In this document: in pieces, positions 38,810-48,311 of the stretch
Numbering within the stretch: position 1 is the first letter of the stretch
Layout: every line of letters begins with the position of its first letter
DNA from: Candidatus Thorarchaeota archaeon
Lineage (GTDB): Archaea > Asgardarchaeota > Thorarchaeia > Thorarchaeales > Thorarchaeaceae
Assembly (NCBI GenBank): GCA_020348985.1
Contig: CP070761.1
Span: forward strand, 2,531,445-2,595,444
Direction: 5' to 3'
Length of the DNA: 64,000 nt
Notes under the pieces: model-generated
What the model saw: the letters and a program-made list of their open reading frames with translations, nothing else
Told to the model about the DNA's origin: nothing
The model's database searches: none
Translations under genes and position numbers: made by a program

Positions 38810-38855
38810 TCCTCAGTCGTCATTCCGATTCATGGTTTAGAACGACTTCATAGGA
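38810..38855 (-). promoter_or_regulatory. Eukaryote-like SECIS element overlapping the selD stop codon
   Basis: UCC-UAU-GA-AGUCGU...AAA...ACGACU-GA-GGA: K-turn geometry with AUGA/GA core and apical AAA. Confidence 0.65.
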
Positions 38856-39882
38856 AATCGGTCTCAATGATCTGTACGTCATCAGCCAAACGGGCTTGAG
38901 GCGTAGGACTTGCTTTTGTAGTTACTCCCACGGACCAGCACTGTATGCCTTTCTTCTTCAGTAGATCAGAGAGGGTGCCGGCCCTTCCGGACTCGATGAA
39001 TATGAGCATCCCTCCGGCAGTCTCTGCACTCTGGCCTATTGCCAGCTTGTGTCCAAAGTATTCCGCCAGCTGAGAAGTTCCACGTATAATAGGAAGAGTG
39101 TCGATCACCACATCCACACCACTTAGGACGGCGACATTGTTTGCATGCCCAATTATCCCAAAACCCGTGATGTCCGTGGCAGCATTGACTCCTATCTCAA
39201 CCATGGCTGCTGCGACTTCGCGATTGCTTTGTGTCATCACATTAACCGCAGACTTCTCTATTCGTCGGAGTTCGGATTCATCAAACTGAGCAAGCAGGGT
39301 ATCGCGCTTCTCATCTCTCAGATCTCTGTAGGATCGCATTGCAGGTTGGATTCCTAATGGTTTTGTCAAGAGCACCGAGTCCCCTGCTTTGGCGCCAGAT
39401 GAGTAAATCACATCTTTGGGATGGGCAATCCCGAGACATATTCCACCAAATACGGGCTCGGGATTCGTTATTGTCTGTCCCCCAGTGACTTTGGAATCTA
39501 GCTTCTTCATGAAGTCAGTCATACCCTGAAGGACTCCTGCAGCTATGTCCCTTGGCAAGTGGCGAGGATACGCCATGAATGCCTGCATTGACAGAATCTT
39601 TGTCGCACCCATTGCAAAAACATCGTTAGTTGCATTGCAAGCGACGATTTCACCCTGCACACGAGGGTCATCGTGGATAGGCGTGAAGATATCGACGTTT
39701 TCTATGACTGCGACATCATCGTTAATGACTTGGACAACGGCATCCTCTCCATACTCTCTTGAACAGACAACATCGGTCGGAATCAGACCTGATGCCTGGA
39801 GGAGTAGCGTCAAATCATCCTGCTTCACCTTGCAGCTTCAGCCGTGGCTAGTGACCATTGCAGTTAGTCGCGTTTCACGCAC
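38848..39882 (-). CDS. selD: Selenophosphate synthetase, selenoprotein (Sec at codon 15, UGA 39840-39838)
   Basis: GGAGGT RBS, then GTG; reads RLTAMVTSHG-UGA-SCK in frame into DIFTP, NATNDVFAMG, LTKPLG, TDITGFG, ETAGGML. Confidence 0.92.
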
Positions 39883-40031
39883 CTGGTGTTCATACCTCCA
39901 TCCTTTTTGGACAATCACGTCCCTCAAGACAGGAGAAATGGCTGGTAATAAACTGTAATATGAGTCCGAGTTCACAAGCCTTATAGCAAGAGCTTCGAAT
40001 TCGGCACTGACTCGACTAGGTGAGATATTGA

Positions 40032-41477
40032 TTGAGGATAAGCAAGATTTCTGAAAATATTCACGAGATACCCATGGGAACACAGCAGTGTATGAGAGTC
40101 CCTGTCAAGGTGTTTGCCTCTGATGCTCTTGTGAGTAAGATGCGACAAGACGCAACATTCCAACAAGGTGCTAATGCTGCATGTCTTCCAGGAATCTACT
40201 CACATGGCATAATCCTGCCAGATGGCCATCAGGGCTACGGGTTTCCAATAGGCGGAGTTGCGGCAATCGACTACGAGAACGGAGTGATTTCGCCAGGAGG
40301 TGTCGGCTACGACATCAACTGTGGTGTCCGTGTTCTGCGGACTGATTTTGATGAGAAAGATGTTAGACCGCAGCTGAAGGAGCTTGTCAATCGTCTTTTC
40401 AACGACATCCCGACTGGAGTTGGAAGAGGCGGAAGAATCGATGTAAGAGGAAAAGGGGGAGTTGACGAAATCCTACTTAGAGGAGCTGAATGGGCTGTCG
40501 AAAACGGATTCGGGTGGAAGGAAGACCTTGAACATCAGGAAGCCGGAGGGCGAATAGAATATGCAGATCCCTCAAAGGTTTCATCTCACGCGAAGGAGAG
40601 GGGAATGCGGCAGGTGGGCACATTGGGCTCGGGAAATCACTTCCTTGAGATTCAGGTTGTCGACCAGATCTATAATGAAGAAGCGGCCTCAGCAATGGGA
40701 ATAACCCATACAGGTCAAGTGACTGTCATGATTCATAGTGGATCGCGAGGACTTGGTCATCAGGTATGCAGTGACTACATCAAAATCATGACGCAAGCAA
40801 TGCGTAAGTATAGCTTGGATCTTCCGGACAGGGAGCTCTGTAGTGCACCCACGACATCTGATGAAGGACAGGCATATCTAGGTGCGATGAGTGCCGCGGC
40901 GAATTATGCGTTTGCCAATAGACAATCGATGCTGCACTGGACTCGCGAGACGTTTTCCAGTATCTTTGGACAAGCACCAGAGGACATTGGGATGCGTCTA
41001 ATCTATGACGTCGCACACAACATGGGAAAGGTTGAGGAACACGAAATAGAAGGTAAGAGAAGAAAAGTCGTAGTCCATCGAAAAGGAGCAACGCGAGCTT
41101 TTCCGCCAGGCCATGAAGAGGTCCCGTCCAAGTACAAGAATATCGGGCAACCGGTCCTGATACCAGGAACAATGGGGACGGCATCGTATATCCTCATTGG
41201 GGACAAGCGCGGGATGGACCTGACATTTGGATCAACGGCACATGGTGCTGGCAGATTCATGAGCCGCAGTAGAGCCAAGAAGCAATTCTTTGGGAAAGAA
41301 GTGCAGAGCTCGTTAGCAGAAACCGGGATCATTGTCAAAGCAACAAAAGGCATAGTCATAGCCGAAGAAGCACCTGGTGCTTACAAGGACGTAGACGAAG
41401 TTGTAAGGGTTTCAGATGCAGTCGGAATAGCTACCAAGGCAGTAAGACTACGACCGATTGGTGTCATCAAGGGCTGA
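40032..41477 (+). CDS. rtcB: tRNA-splicing ligase RtcB
   Basis: PDGHQGYGFPIGG, GYDINCG, GSGNHFLE, HSGSRG, HRKGAT, HGAGR, EEAPGAYKD. Confidence 0.95.
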   Translation: MRISKISENIHEIPMGTQQCMRVPVKVFASDALVSKMRQDATFQQGANAACLPGIYSHGIILPDGHQGYGFPIGGVAAIDYENGVISPGGVGYDINCGVRVLRTDFDEKDVRPQLKELVNRLFNDIPTGVGRGGRIDVRGKGGVDEILLRGAEWAVENGFGWKEDLEHQEAGGRIEYADPSKVSSHAKERGMRQVGTLGSGNHFLEIQVVDQIYNEEAASAMGITHTGQVTVMIHSGSRGLGHQVCSDYIKIMTQAMRKYSLDLPDRELCSAPTTSDEGQAYLGAMSAAANYAFANRQSMLHWTRETFSSIFGQAPEDIGMRLIYDVAHNMGKVEEHEIEGKRRKVVVHRKGATRAFPPGHEEVPSKYKNIGQPVLIPGTMGTASYILIGDKRGMDLTFGSTAHGAGRFMSRSRAKKQFFGKEVQSSLAETGIIVKATKGIVIAEEAPGAYKDVDEVVRVSDAVGIATKAVRLRPIGVIKG

Positions 41478-42464
41478 TTCTTCATCACGCTCAGTAAGGG
41501 CAATATCGGCCAAGACCAAACCCACGCCAAGAATAATCACTACAAATCCGAGCATCGTTAACGCCGTGGGAAACTCACCCAGAAACACCATTGCCAGTAG
41601 TGTCGCACCAATAGGTTCTCCTAGTACTGCGGAGGACACAACATACGCGGGAACTATAGTGAGTAAGTAGTTGTTCACCGAGTGACCAAGTGCTGTTGGG
41701 AAGACCGCCAGTGCCAAGAAGATCATTACCTCGTATGGCTCAAAAACGATGAAATCAGGGGCTGCAGGAATCCCTGGCACAAATGGAGCTAGAGTAGATG
41801 AAAAGAAGAACGTGAACACAGCCGCTACAAGATAGATTGAAGATGTATAGACTGTTATGGGAATCCCCTTGGCATAGCGCCGCCCCCCTATGAAGTACAT
41901 CGCGAGAAAGACAGCACCTAGGATGGCAAGGAAATCACCACTGAGTGCCCCAATCCCCTGGGACACCAAATCACTCCATGCAAGCATGAGAGCTCCTGTA
42001 ACTGCTCCTATTATACCAATCCATGATCTGCGTCTCAATGCTTCTCCAATCAGAACTGTGGACATTATAGCTGTGAAAATCGGAGACGTGTTTACTAGAA
42101 CTACGCTAGCCGCCACTGTTGTCAAGTCAAGGGAAATGAACCAAGTTGAGAAGTGGAGTGAGAGGACTATTCCAATCAGAACCAGCCACTTTCTGTTTGC
42201 GCGAAAAGTCTGACTTCTGAAGCCTCCAAGATCCCCGTTTGCTATACCAAGCAATGCCATTACTGCGGAACCATAAAGTGCCCGCCAGAATACTACAACA
42301 ATTGCCGGCGAGTTACTAAGTCGGATGAGGATGCTCCCACTTGAAATCATCGAGACTGATAGGAAGAGGAGCAGAATCACTCGAGTGCTGCCCGTGCTGC
42401 TTCCAAGATTCTTCTGTGTCATCCTCGGGAAAGCTCCTCGCTTGTTTGTCCACACTTCACGCAT
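41448..42464 (-). CDS. DMT/EamA family transporter
   Basis: About 10 TM helices in two EamA repeats; GEPIGA motif; real start may be downstream of 42464. Confidence 0.85.
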   Translation of the reverse strand: MREVWTNKRGAFPRMTQKNLGSSTGSTRVILLLFLSVSMISSGSILIRLSNSPAIVVVFWRALYGSAVMALLGIANGDLGGFRSQTFRANRKWLVLIGIVLSLHFSTWFISLDLTTVAASVVLVNTSPIFTAIMSTVLIGEALRRRSWIGIIGAVTGALMLAWSDLVSQGIGALSGDFLAILGAVFLAMYFIGGRRYAKGIPITVYTSSIYLVAAVFTFFFSSTLAPFVPGIPAAPDFIVFEPYEVMIFLALAVFPTALGHSVNNYLLTIVPAYVVSSAVLGEPIGATLLAMVFLGEFPTALTMLGFVVIILGVGLVLADIALTERDEESALDDTNRS

Positions 42465-42934
42465 TTCAGACGACTTTCCCGAACTTCAGCTACTCCTGAC
42501 AGACATTCATTGCAGTGTCCGACTCTTAAATTCGTAATGTTGATTCCACGGAGAATAGATTCTACCTCGTCCAAGTCGGTGTACTCAAACAGTGCCTTTC
42601 CTGGTGCACCCTTTGCCATGAAGGACAATGGCTTGGATTCCGTCTGCCAGAACATAAGAATCGGTTTGGACAGTTCAAAGGCAAGCATAATCTCCATCCC
42701 GACACCCAGGGAGGGATTAGAGACCTCTGTGATTAGAAGATCGCTCCTACGGACTTCCCTAACATCTCGTTGGAATACTTCGTCAGGTTCGGCTGCAGGG
42801 AGAAACTGCGGTGCAAAGACCTCGACCTCCATTGATCTCAGGATGTCAATGACTAGTTTGTAGAAGTTGTCTTTGCGAAGCTGGCTGTGAATGATAGGGC
42901 CTGATAGATAGGCGAGAACCATGAGAACTAACAC
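42419..42934 (-). CDS. Nucleoside 2-deoxyribosyltransferase-like protein with C-terminal Zn ribbon
   Basis: YLSGPI, RD...SDLLI, PSLGVGME; CNEC...CVKC. Confidence 0.75.
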   Translation of the reverse strand: MLVLMVLAYLSGPIIHSQLRKDNFYKLVIDILRSMEVEVFAPQFLPAAEPDEVFQRDVREVRRSDLLITEVSNPSLGVGMEIMLAFELSKPILMFWQTESKPLSFMAKGAPGKALFEYTDLDEVESILRGINITNLRVGHCNECLSGVAEVRESRLKCVKCGQTSEELSRG

Positions 42935-42950
42935 AGGTCAGAGTGGTACT

Positions 42951-43310
42951 TTAGTCTGATGCTCCCGATGAACCGTGCTGGAGACCTAATTCAGTCACAG
43001 GTGGTATCGACCCATCATCTGGAATTTCATCGTAATGTCCTGACCGTCCTAGCGAAAGCTGAACCTTTCCTTTCCATTCTTTCGCCCAGCCATCGACTAT
43101 CTTGATGACTTTTCCTGCTGAAAGAGCCGTCCCCTCACCAAATCCCCATAAGGAGAGGATCAGTGTTCCAGTTTCGTCCGCAACTAGGACTTCTCTGAGC
43201 TGAGTCATTCTGCCAGTCTTTGTTCGGATCATTCGAGGCGGTGCTACTTTCATCACTCTAACAACAACATCGGTTACTGGTTTCCCGCCCTGCACCTCGC
43301 TCAGCTTCAA
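42951..43310 (-). CDS. Single OB-fold ssDNA-binding protein (crenarchaeal SSB/SOSS-B-like)
   Basis: VADETGTLILSLW, GWAKEWKGKVQLSLGRSG. Confidence 0.85.
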   Translation of the reverse strand: MKLSEVQGGKPVTDVVVRVMKVAPPRMIRTKTGRMTQLREVLVADETGTLILSLWGFGEGTALSAGKVIKIVDGWAKEWKGKVQLSLGRSGHYDEIPDDGSIPPVTELGLQHGSSGASD

Positions 43311-43430
43311 CGTTAACGCCTACATTGAACTAACCTACTACATCCAAATGAAACTTGCGGGAAGAATTCACTGGGCCCCTGTAGGCACTATACTGTTTGT
43401 CCAAAAGGAAACACGAGTCAATACTAGCGG

Positions 43431-45248
43431 CTAGGATTCGTCGTTCTTGGAGCTCTGACTGTCAAGGCGATTGTTCTCTTCAGATACACCATCATCTGTA
43501 GGTACTGTGTCGAGAATTCCCAATGCCCTTTCGAGGTCTGTACGCATCTTATCATCAAGATCTTCCAATGGCTCTACCTCGCCGTCTAGAAGTACAACCT
43601 CCTCGCAAGAGAACGCTTCGAGGGCTGTTTCGAGTTCTTCTTTGGTTGCCTTTTCAATCTCTTCCGATACTAGATCGTCTGCATCAAGAGCCTCCGATAT
43701 CAGTGCGCGTGCCATCATCGATCCGTTTGATTCATCTGCGCTTGTCTCAATTTCGCTTTCTTCGATAAGAATAGGAACTGCCTCCTCAACTTCATCGTCA
43801 GATATAGTGACTACATCAAAGTCATCAGATGCTTCTACGGGGACCATCTCTGGTGCGATTCCTTCAACAACCACATCATCTTCAACAGCATCTTGGACTG
43901 GTATCTCGATTTCACGCTCCTCCAAATCGGCTGAAAGCGCAGCATCAACTTCAATGAAGAATTCCTCAATGGCATCCATTTCTGAGACATCCGAAACAAC
44001 AGGAGATTCTTCCGTCACAGCCGCCATGTGCTCTACAATCTCTTCTGTTACAAGATCCTCATCGAAGTGTTCAATCTCATCCTCAGCACCACCAACTTCA
44101 GGTACATCGGGGATAACAGAGGGTTCTTCAGCCACTACCTCGACAGGTTCCTCGAAAATTCCCTCGGCTTCTTCTGAGTCAGGCTCCACATCGACGTACT
44201 CAATAACTTCTTCAACGATTTCGTACTCATCTGCGTCCTCAATTATCCGACCATCTTCGTCAACGAGGATTTCTTCTACAATCTCAACTGTTTCGTATTC
44301 CTCTTCAACCTCTTCTTCTGAAACAGCAGAGGCTATTACCGCAGCTGCTTCGACAGCTTCTTCTGAGAACTTGAGCAGCTCAGAGGCTGGAAGATCAGGC
44401 AACGCCACTCCGACATACTGCGCAGCAGCTGTCATTAAGATGCGAAGCATCTCATCTCGACGGCCCTTGTCAATTGCAACCATTGGATAGGTCGGAATTC
44501 CTAATATCTTCTGAACCACCTCAGGTTTCATAGCATTTGGTTTGTCTTGCTTGTTAGCTATTGCGAAGACAGGAACCTTGGGTGCATCTCGCTTTATCAG
44601 TTTGAGAATGTCTTTGCTGATTATCACATTCCTTAGGGTTGAATCGCACACGAGAATGATAACATCAGCACCGTGGAAATAAAACCGCCAGAGTGTTCGG
44701 AATCTCTCTTGGCCTGCGAAATCCCACAGAACGAGTGAGTAGTTGCCGAAACGGATGTTCTCGACAGTCTCAAGGTTGAGTGCGATTGTAGGAACGTATT
44801 GAAGGGGAGGTGTGTCACCCAGGAGGAGATGAAGAGTAGTTGTCTTCCCTGTACCGCCCTCGCCAACCAGCGCTATCTTCAGCCTAGTAACCACCGAAGG
44901 CTCGATTATCTCCTCGAATCTCTCAAGCACGCTATTTAGATCGGCTCTTTCAATCTCAATAGTAAGATCGTGGGCTGCTTTCTTGACACGGTCTTGAGTG
45001 CTGAGCTCATCTTCACCCTTGTCTGTGACAAACACAAGAATTGAATCATCATTAACTTCGCTGCCCATGAACTTGTTCTGATCGATCACCAGAGGAATAT
45101 CCTCTAGTGCGTCATGGTTTTCCGCTAGCTCCTCTCTTGTTGAAATGTATTCTTCAATCTCGCTGGCCCCCACCTCAACTGGCCAGTACTGAACAGATGA
45201 GAGAATCTCATTGTCGTCCAGTCGGATAAGGAAGGCATTATGAATCAT
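43431..45248 (-). CDS. Arf-like GTPase with N-terminal longin-like domain and ~300-aa acidic tail
   Basis: GEGGTGKTT, YVPTI, WDFAGQERFRTLW, NKQD; E/D/V-rich C-terminal half. Confidence 0.8.
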   Translation of the reverse strand: MIHNAFLIRLDDNEILSSVQYWPVEVGASEIEEYISTREELAENHDALEDIPLVIDQNKFMGSEVNDDSILVFVTDKGEDELSTQDRVKKAAHDLTIEIERADLNSVLERFEEIIEPSVVTRLKIALVGEGGTGKTTTLHLLLGDTPPLQYVPTIALNLETVENIRFGNYSLVLWDFAGQERFRTLWRFYFHGADVIILVCDSTLRNVIISKDILKLIKRDAPKVPVFAIANKQDKPNAMKPEVVQKILGIPTYPMVAIDKGRRDEMLRILMTAAAQYVGVALPDLPASELLKFSEEAVEAAAVIASAVSEEEVEEEYETVEIVEEILVDEDGRIIEDADEYEIVEEVIEYVDVEPDSEEAEGIFEEPVEVVAEEPSVIPDVPEVGGAEDEIEHFDEDLVTEEIVEHMAAVTEESPVVSDVSEMDAIEEFFIEVDAALSADLEEREIEIPVQDAVEDDVVVEGIAPEMVPVEASDDFDVVTISDDEVEEAVPILIEESEIETSADESNGSMMARALISEALDADDLVSEEIEKATKEELETALEAFSCEEVVLLDGEVEPLEDLDDKMRTDLERALGILDTVPTDDGVSEENNRLDSQSSKNDES

Positions 45249-45378
45249 CCTTCAAGGTCACCAGCCAGATTTCACAAGTCAATTGCGAATCAGCAATCCA
45301 TCTGTGTTGAGATATGGATAAATCGATTGACATGTATCTAATAGTTTGTGGTGTATATGTCCTATTGAGCGTCTGTTA

Positions 45379-45703
45379 GACTAGCTCAAATTCGTAAGTA
45401 GGAGCGGGGCTCGCCCAGCCGAAGCTGATAGTGGCGAACCGTATCCGCATCCGTGACACGCTTTCATCGGAGCATGCGAAAGAACTCAGTTCTTTATGCG
45501 CAAGTATTGGAGTGGCAATCTCGGGGAAGATGCCACAGGGGACCAATGCTTGGAAACTCGCTAGGGGGACCGTGCATTGCAGTGCGAGTTTCCATGACGG
45601 GGGGAAATCGCACATCCCGATAAGAGCAGTCAACATGAAGAGAGGCATACTGGCCTAATAACCTTACTCCCCTTCACCTAGTGGAACCGCTTGAACACTA
45701 GCC
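45379..45703. ncRNA. Large (~320 nt) highly structured intergenic element, probable ncRNA
   Basis: TGGAAACTCGC/GCGAGTTTCCA (11 bp), AAAGAACT/AGTTCTTT, GTGGCA/TGCCAC, CAGC-CGAA-GCTG, CTAGTG/CACTAG, plus end-to-end pairing. Confidence 0.55.
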
Positions 45704-45712
45704 AGGGCAGTT

Positions 45713-46873
45713 TTACCGCGGGAAGTTGTCCCTCAGTAGTCTCAGATGATGGTGGACAAGCTCCATCTGCTTTGCGTCGTCAGGAGTCTTTTCAAGCTCC
45801 ACGATTAAAGTCTGAAGGAAGTATTCGGGGAAGAATAATCGCACACGAATATCGTTAAGCAAGAAGAGCCATTTATCGTACTCGCCAGATGGTCCCTTTC
45901 TTCTCTTTTCGGAGACTACTCTGAATTTCTTTAGCGTCTGAACGGCTGTTTTGAGCTCCTTCGGAGGAATGCCCAGGGTAGCTTCTAGTTCGGATATATT
46001 CACTGGCCTACGTCGGAGGACTACTAGCGTGTCGTAGGCATCGGGATCAGCCAAGATTGAAGCAACTGATACAGTATCCTCAGGTGTCTTTTTCCATTCT
46101 GTGAGGAATTCGAGTACCTCTCGTTTGTACTCAGCGGCGAGTTCCGGATCCAGAACCTGATTTGCAGCCTCCATCGCCATCAGCGGAGGAGCACGGAAGA
46201 CTTCTAGGTCCTTTATCATGAACACACAGGTCCGGCCAATTTCGTCGACCCATTCACTCTTGACAAGTCCGAGTTCCTCAAAGGGTGAGAGGATCGAATC
46301 GACACTGACGCTTGGAAGACCAGTTACCATCTTCAACCATTCTTCTAGCTCTTCTTTGGATATGCCACCCTTCCAGAGCTTCGGAAACACGGCCCTAGAG
46401 ACTTCCTCTGAAAAGAGACGAGCTAAGCGGCTCTCATCAGCCATTCCCGCGAGCCGGATGATCCTCCTGTAGGTGTTATCAAGCTCGCCCTGCAGCTCTG
46501 CATCAGTCATAGAAATTACTGCATTAGTTATGGGTGAGACGACCGATGTTATGGCCGCCTCAAACATCTTGGGGTCTTCGCCTGTTGTAAGAAGCAGTGA
46601 GATGCAATACTGCTCCTCTTCACGAACAATACCAGTATAATATGATGCAACTTGGTATTCCTCTCCCCCAATCCTGACGCTCAGTGATGCAAAACCTGCA
46701 GTGGCGTCTCCCATGGCGTGAGATGTGAAGATCCTCATAATCTCTGTGTTCAAGTCCTCTCGGTATCCATCCGCAAAATTCGCGGGCACCTTAGTCTTGA
46801 GGACTGCTCCGATTTTGCTATCCCAATCTATCAACAAGAGGGCTACGGGCAAGTACAGTATCTCCTTGTCCAT
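45713..46873 (-). CDS. Longin/uDENN-like N-terminal domain protein with winged-helix domains
   Basis: LLLIDWDSKIGAVL...P start resembles NPR2/DENN-type longin folds; HTH-like C-terminal segments. Confidence 0.55.
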   Translation of the reverse strand: MDKEILYLPVALLLIDWDSKIGAVLKTKVPANFADGYREDLNTEIMRIFTSHAMGDATAGFASLSVRIGGEEYQVASYYTGIVREEEQYCISLLLTTGEDPKMFEAAITSVVSPITNAVISMTDAELQGELDNTYRRIIRLAGMADESRLARLFSEEVSRAVFPKLWKGGISKEELEEWLKMVTGLPSVSVDSILSPFEELGLVKSEWVDEIGRTCVFMIKDLEVFRAPPLMAMEAANQVLDPELAAEYKREVLEFLTEWKKTPEDTVSVASILADPDAYDTLVVLRRRPVNISELEATLGIPPKELKTAVQTLKKFRVVSEKRRKGPSGEYDKWLFLLNDIRVRLFFPEYFLQTLIVELEKTPDDAKQMELVHHHLRLLRDNFPR

Positions 46874-46995
46874 CCGCGGCTGAATTGCGCAACTTATCAG
46901 GAAGACACATAATCGAGCATAAAAGGATTGTCACATATCATTCCGCAAAATGAGAATTCTGCCCCTTTTTTCGACCGAAGTGTCAAGATTCCAAA

Positions 46996-47688
46996 TCATT
47001 CGATGACTTGCTTAATTGCTGAGAAAACCTCAAGAACGACAGTTTCCAGCGATTGAGTTGCATCTACGACTATGTATGTGCCATGATCTTGTTTGGACAT
47101 CTCTAAATATGCCAGACGAACACTGATTAGGCGCTCAATCTGCTCGAACTGCTCATTTCTATCGCCTTCGCGACCAAGTGCCCTCTCCAAGCCCACTTCT
47201 GCCGGCAAATCCAGGATGAATATTATGTCGGGCTCGGGAGCGCCGATTTCCTCTCGATTTCGCTCTAGTATCTCCTGCCAAGGAAGTCCTGTGCTTACTG
47301 TCTGGTATGCCCCGGTTGCAAAGAAGTATCGGTCCATCAGTACAACTTTGCCAGCCGCGAGAGCGGGCAGGATTCTATTAGCAACATTCCACTCGCGATC
47401 TCGGATGAACAGCTCCAGTTCTTCAGAAGGCGTTAGCTCGCCCTTAGGCGAACGGGCACGGATTTCTTTCCCCCACTTGCTCTCGTCTGTTGGTTCCCGG
47501 ATTCTGGTCACTTGATGACCATCTTGTGTGAGCATTTCTACTACTCGATTACAGACTGCTGTCTTGCCAGCACCATCCACTCCCTCTAGGACAAACAACC
47601 ATCCGTTGCGTTCAGCGCTCTCATGACTCATAGAGTGTAATCGCCTGTGTCCTCGACGCGGCGTATTTGTTTTAGATGCTTTGGTCAC
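46996..47688 (-). CDS. tmk: Thymidylate kinase
   Basis: LEGVDGAGKT, REP, DRYF...YQ, PDIIFILD. Confidence 0.92.
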   Translation of the reverse strand: MTKASKTNTPRRGHRRLHSMSHESAERNGWLFVLEGVDGAGKTAVCNRVVEMLTQDGHQVTRIREPTDESKWGKEIRARSPKGELTPSEELELFIRDREWNVANRILPALAAGKVVLMDRYFFATGAYQTVSTGLPWQEILERNREEIGAPEPDIIFILDLPAEVGLERALGREGDRNEQFEQIERLISVRLAYLEMSKQDHGTYIVVDATQSLETVVLEVFSAIKQVIE

Positions 47689-47774
47689 ATTTTCCGAGCA
47701 ACGCGTGCAAAGAGAACGTTTAAAGGGAGCTGTAGGTCAACATATCCTACAATAGGACAACCTATCCTACGAGG

Positions 47775-48311
47775 GTGGCCGAAATGAAGAGGAGATCTTT
47801 GTCCATCTTGCCAATTCTGATTGGTATCTGCCTAACTCTTCCGGCCCCAGGTACGGCTGTGCTAGAGGGGACAAATCATCTTTCTGCAGATGGAATCTCT
47901 TTGACAATCGATTTCGGCAACGAAACATCGATGTCTTTCCTTGATCTAAATGCAACCGACGTCCTAGAATTGATTCAATCTGTGACTGCAGTTGATGTCC
48001 TGTGGTATGGAGATCTGGCGTATGTCACAGGAATAGAAGGGATCTCCAACAGCGCATCTGAAGGCAAATGGTGGCAATACTGGGTGAACGACGAGCTTGC
48101 ATCAGTAGCCGCCAATAAATTCCTGTTGCAAGATGGAGACTCAGTGCTGTGGAGTCGTCAAGACTCGGCCGTGGGTGGGAATGCATCTCCGGATGTAACG
48201 ATGCAAACCGATACGAGCTTGGTTGCTGGAAGCGCCATTGTCGCAGTCGTAGGATTGTTGTTTCTTGGTATTCTATATGTCAAAGGATCTAGGAGTGTAA
48301 TGGCCAATTGA
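47775..48311 (+). CDS. DUF4430 (transcobalamin-like C-domain) membrane-anchored protein
   Basis: YVTGIEGI...WWQYWVND...AANKFLLQDGDSVLW; signal peptide and TM. Confidence 0.8.
   Translation: MAEMKRRSLSILPILIGICLTLPAPGTAVLEGTNHLSADGISLTIDFGNETSMSFLDLNATDVLELIQSVTAVDVLWYGDLAYVTGIEGISNSASEGKWWQYWVNDELASVAANKFLLQDGDSVLWSRQDSAVGGNASPDVTMQTDTSLVAGSAIVAVVGLLFLGILYVKGSRSVMAN

Noticed and set aside
38645-38825. Other SECIS candidates in the selD 3' region (AUGAC..., AUGAU...)
   Set aside because: The stems lack a correctly placed 3' GA or are weak; the stop-overlapping candidate fits K-turn geometry better
39838-40083. Separate 81-aa ORF, or selD as a pseudogene
   Set aside because: Its last 14 codons are the selD N-terminus, the UGA is at the catalytic Sec site, and the rest of selD is intact
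43471-44490. 339-aa Ser-rich plus-strand ORF
   Set aside because: Antisense shadow of the Glu/Asp-rich tail of the Arf-like protein
45376-45658. Short ORFs (90 aa minus, 75 aa plus) in the 45.5-kb gap
   Set aside because: No recognisable motifs; the dense inverted repeats are better explained by RNA structure
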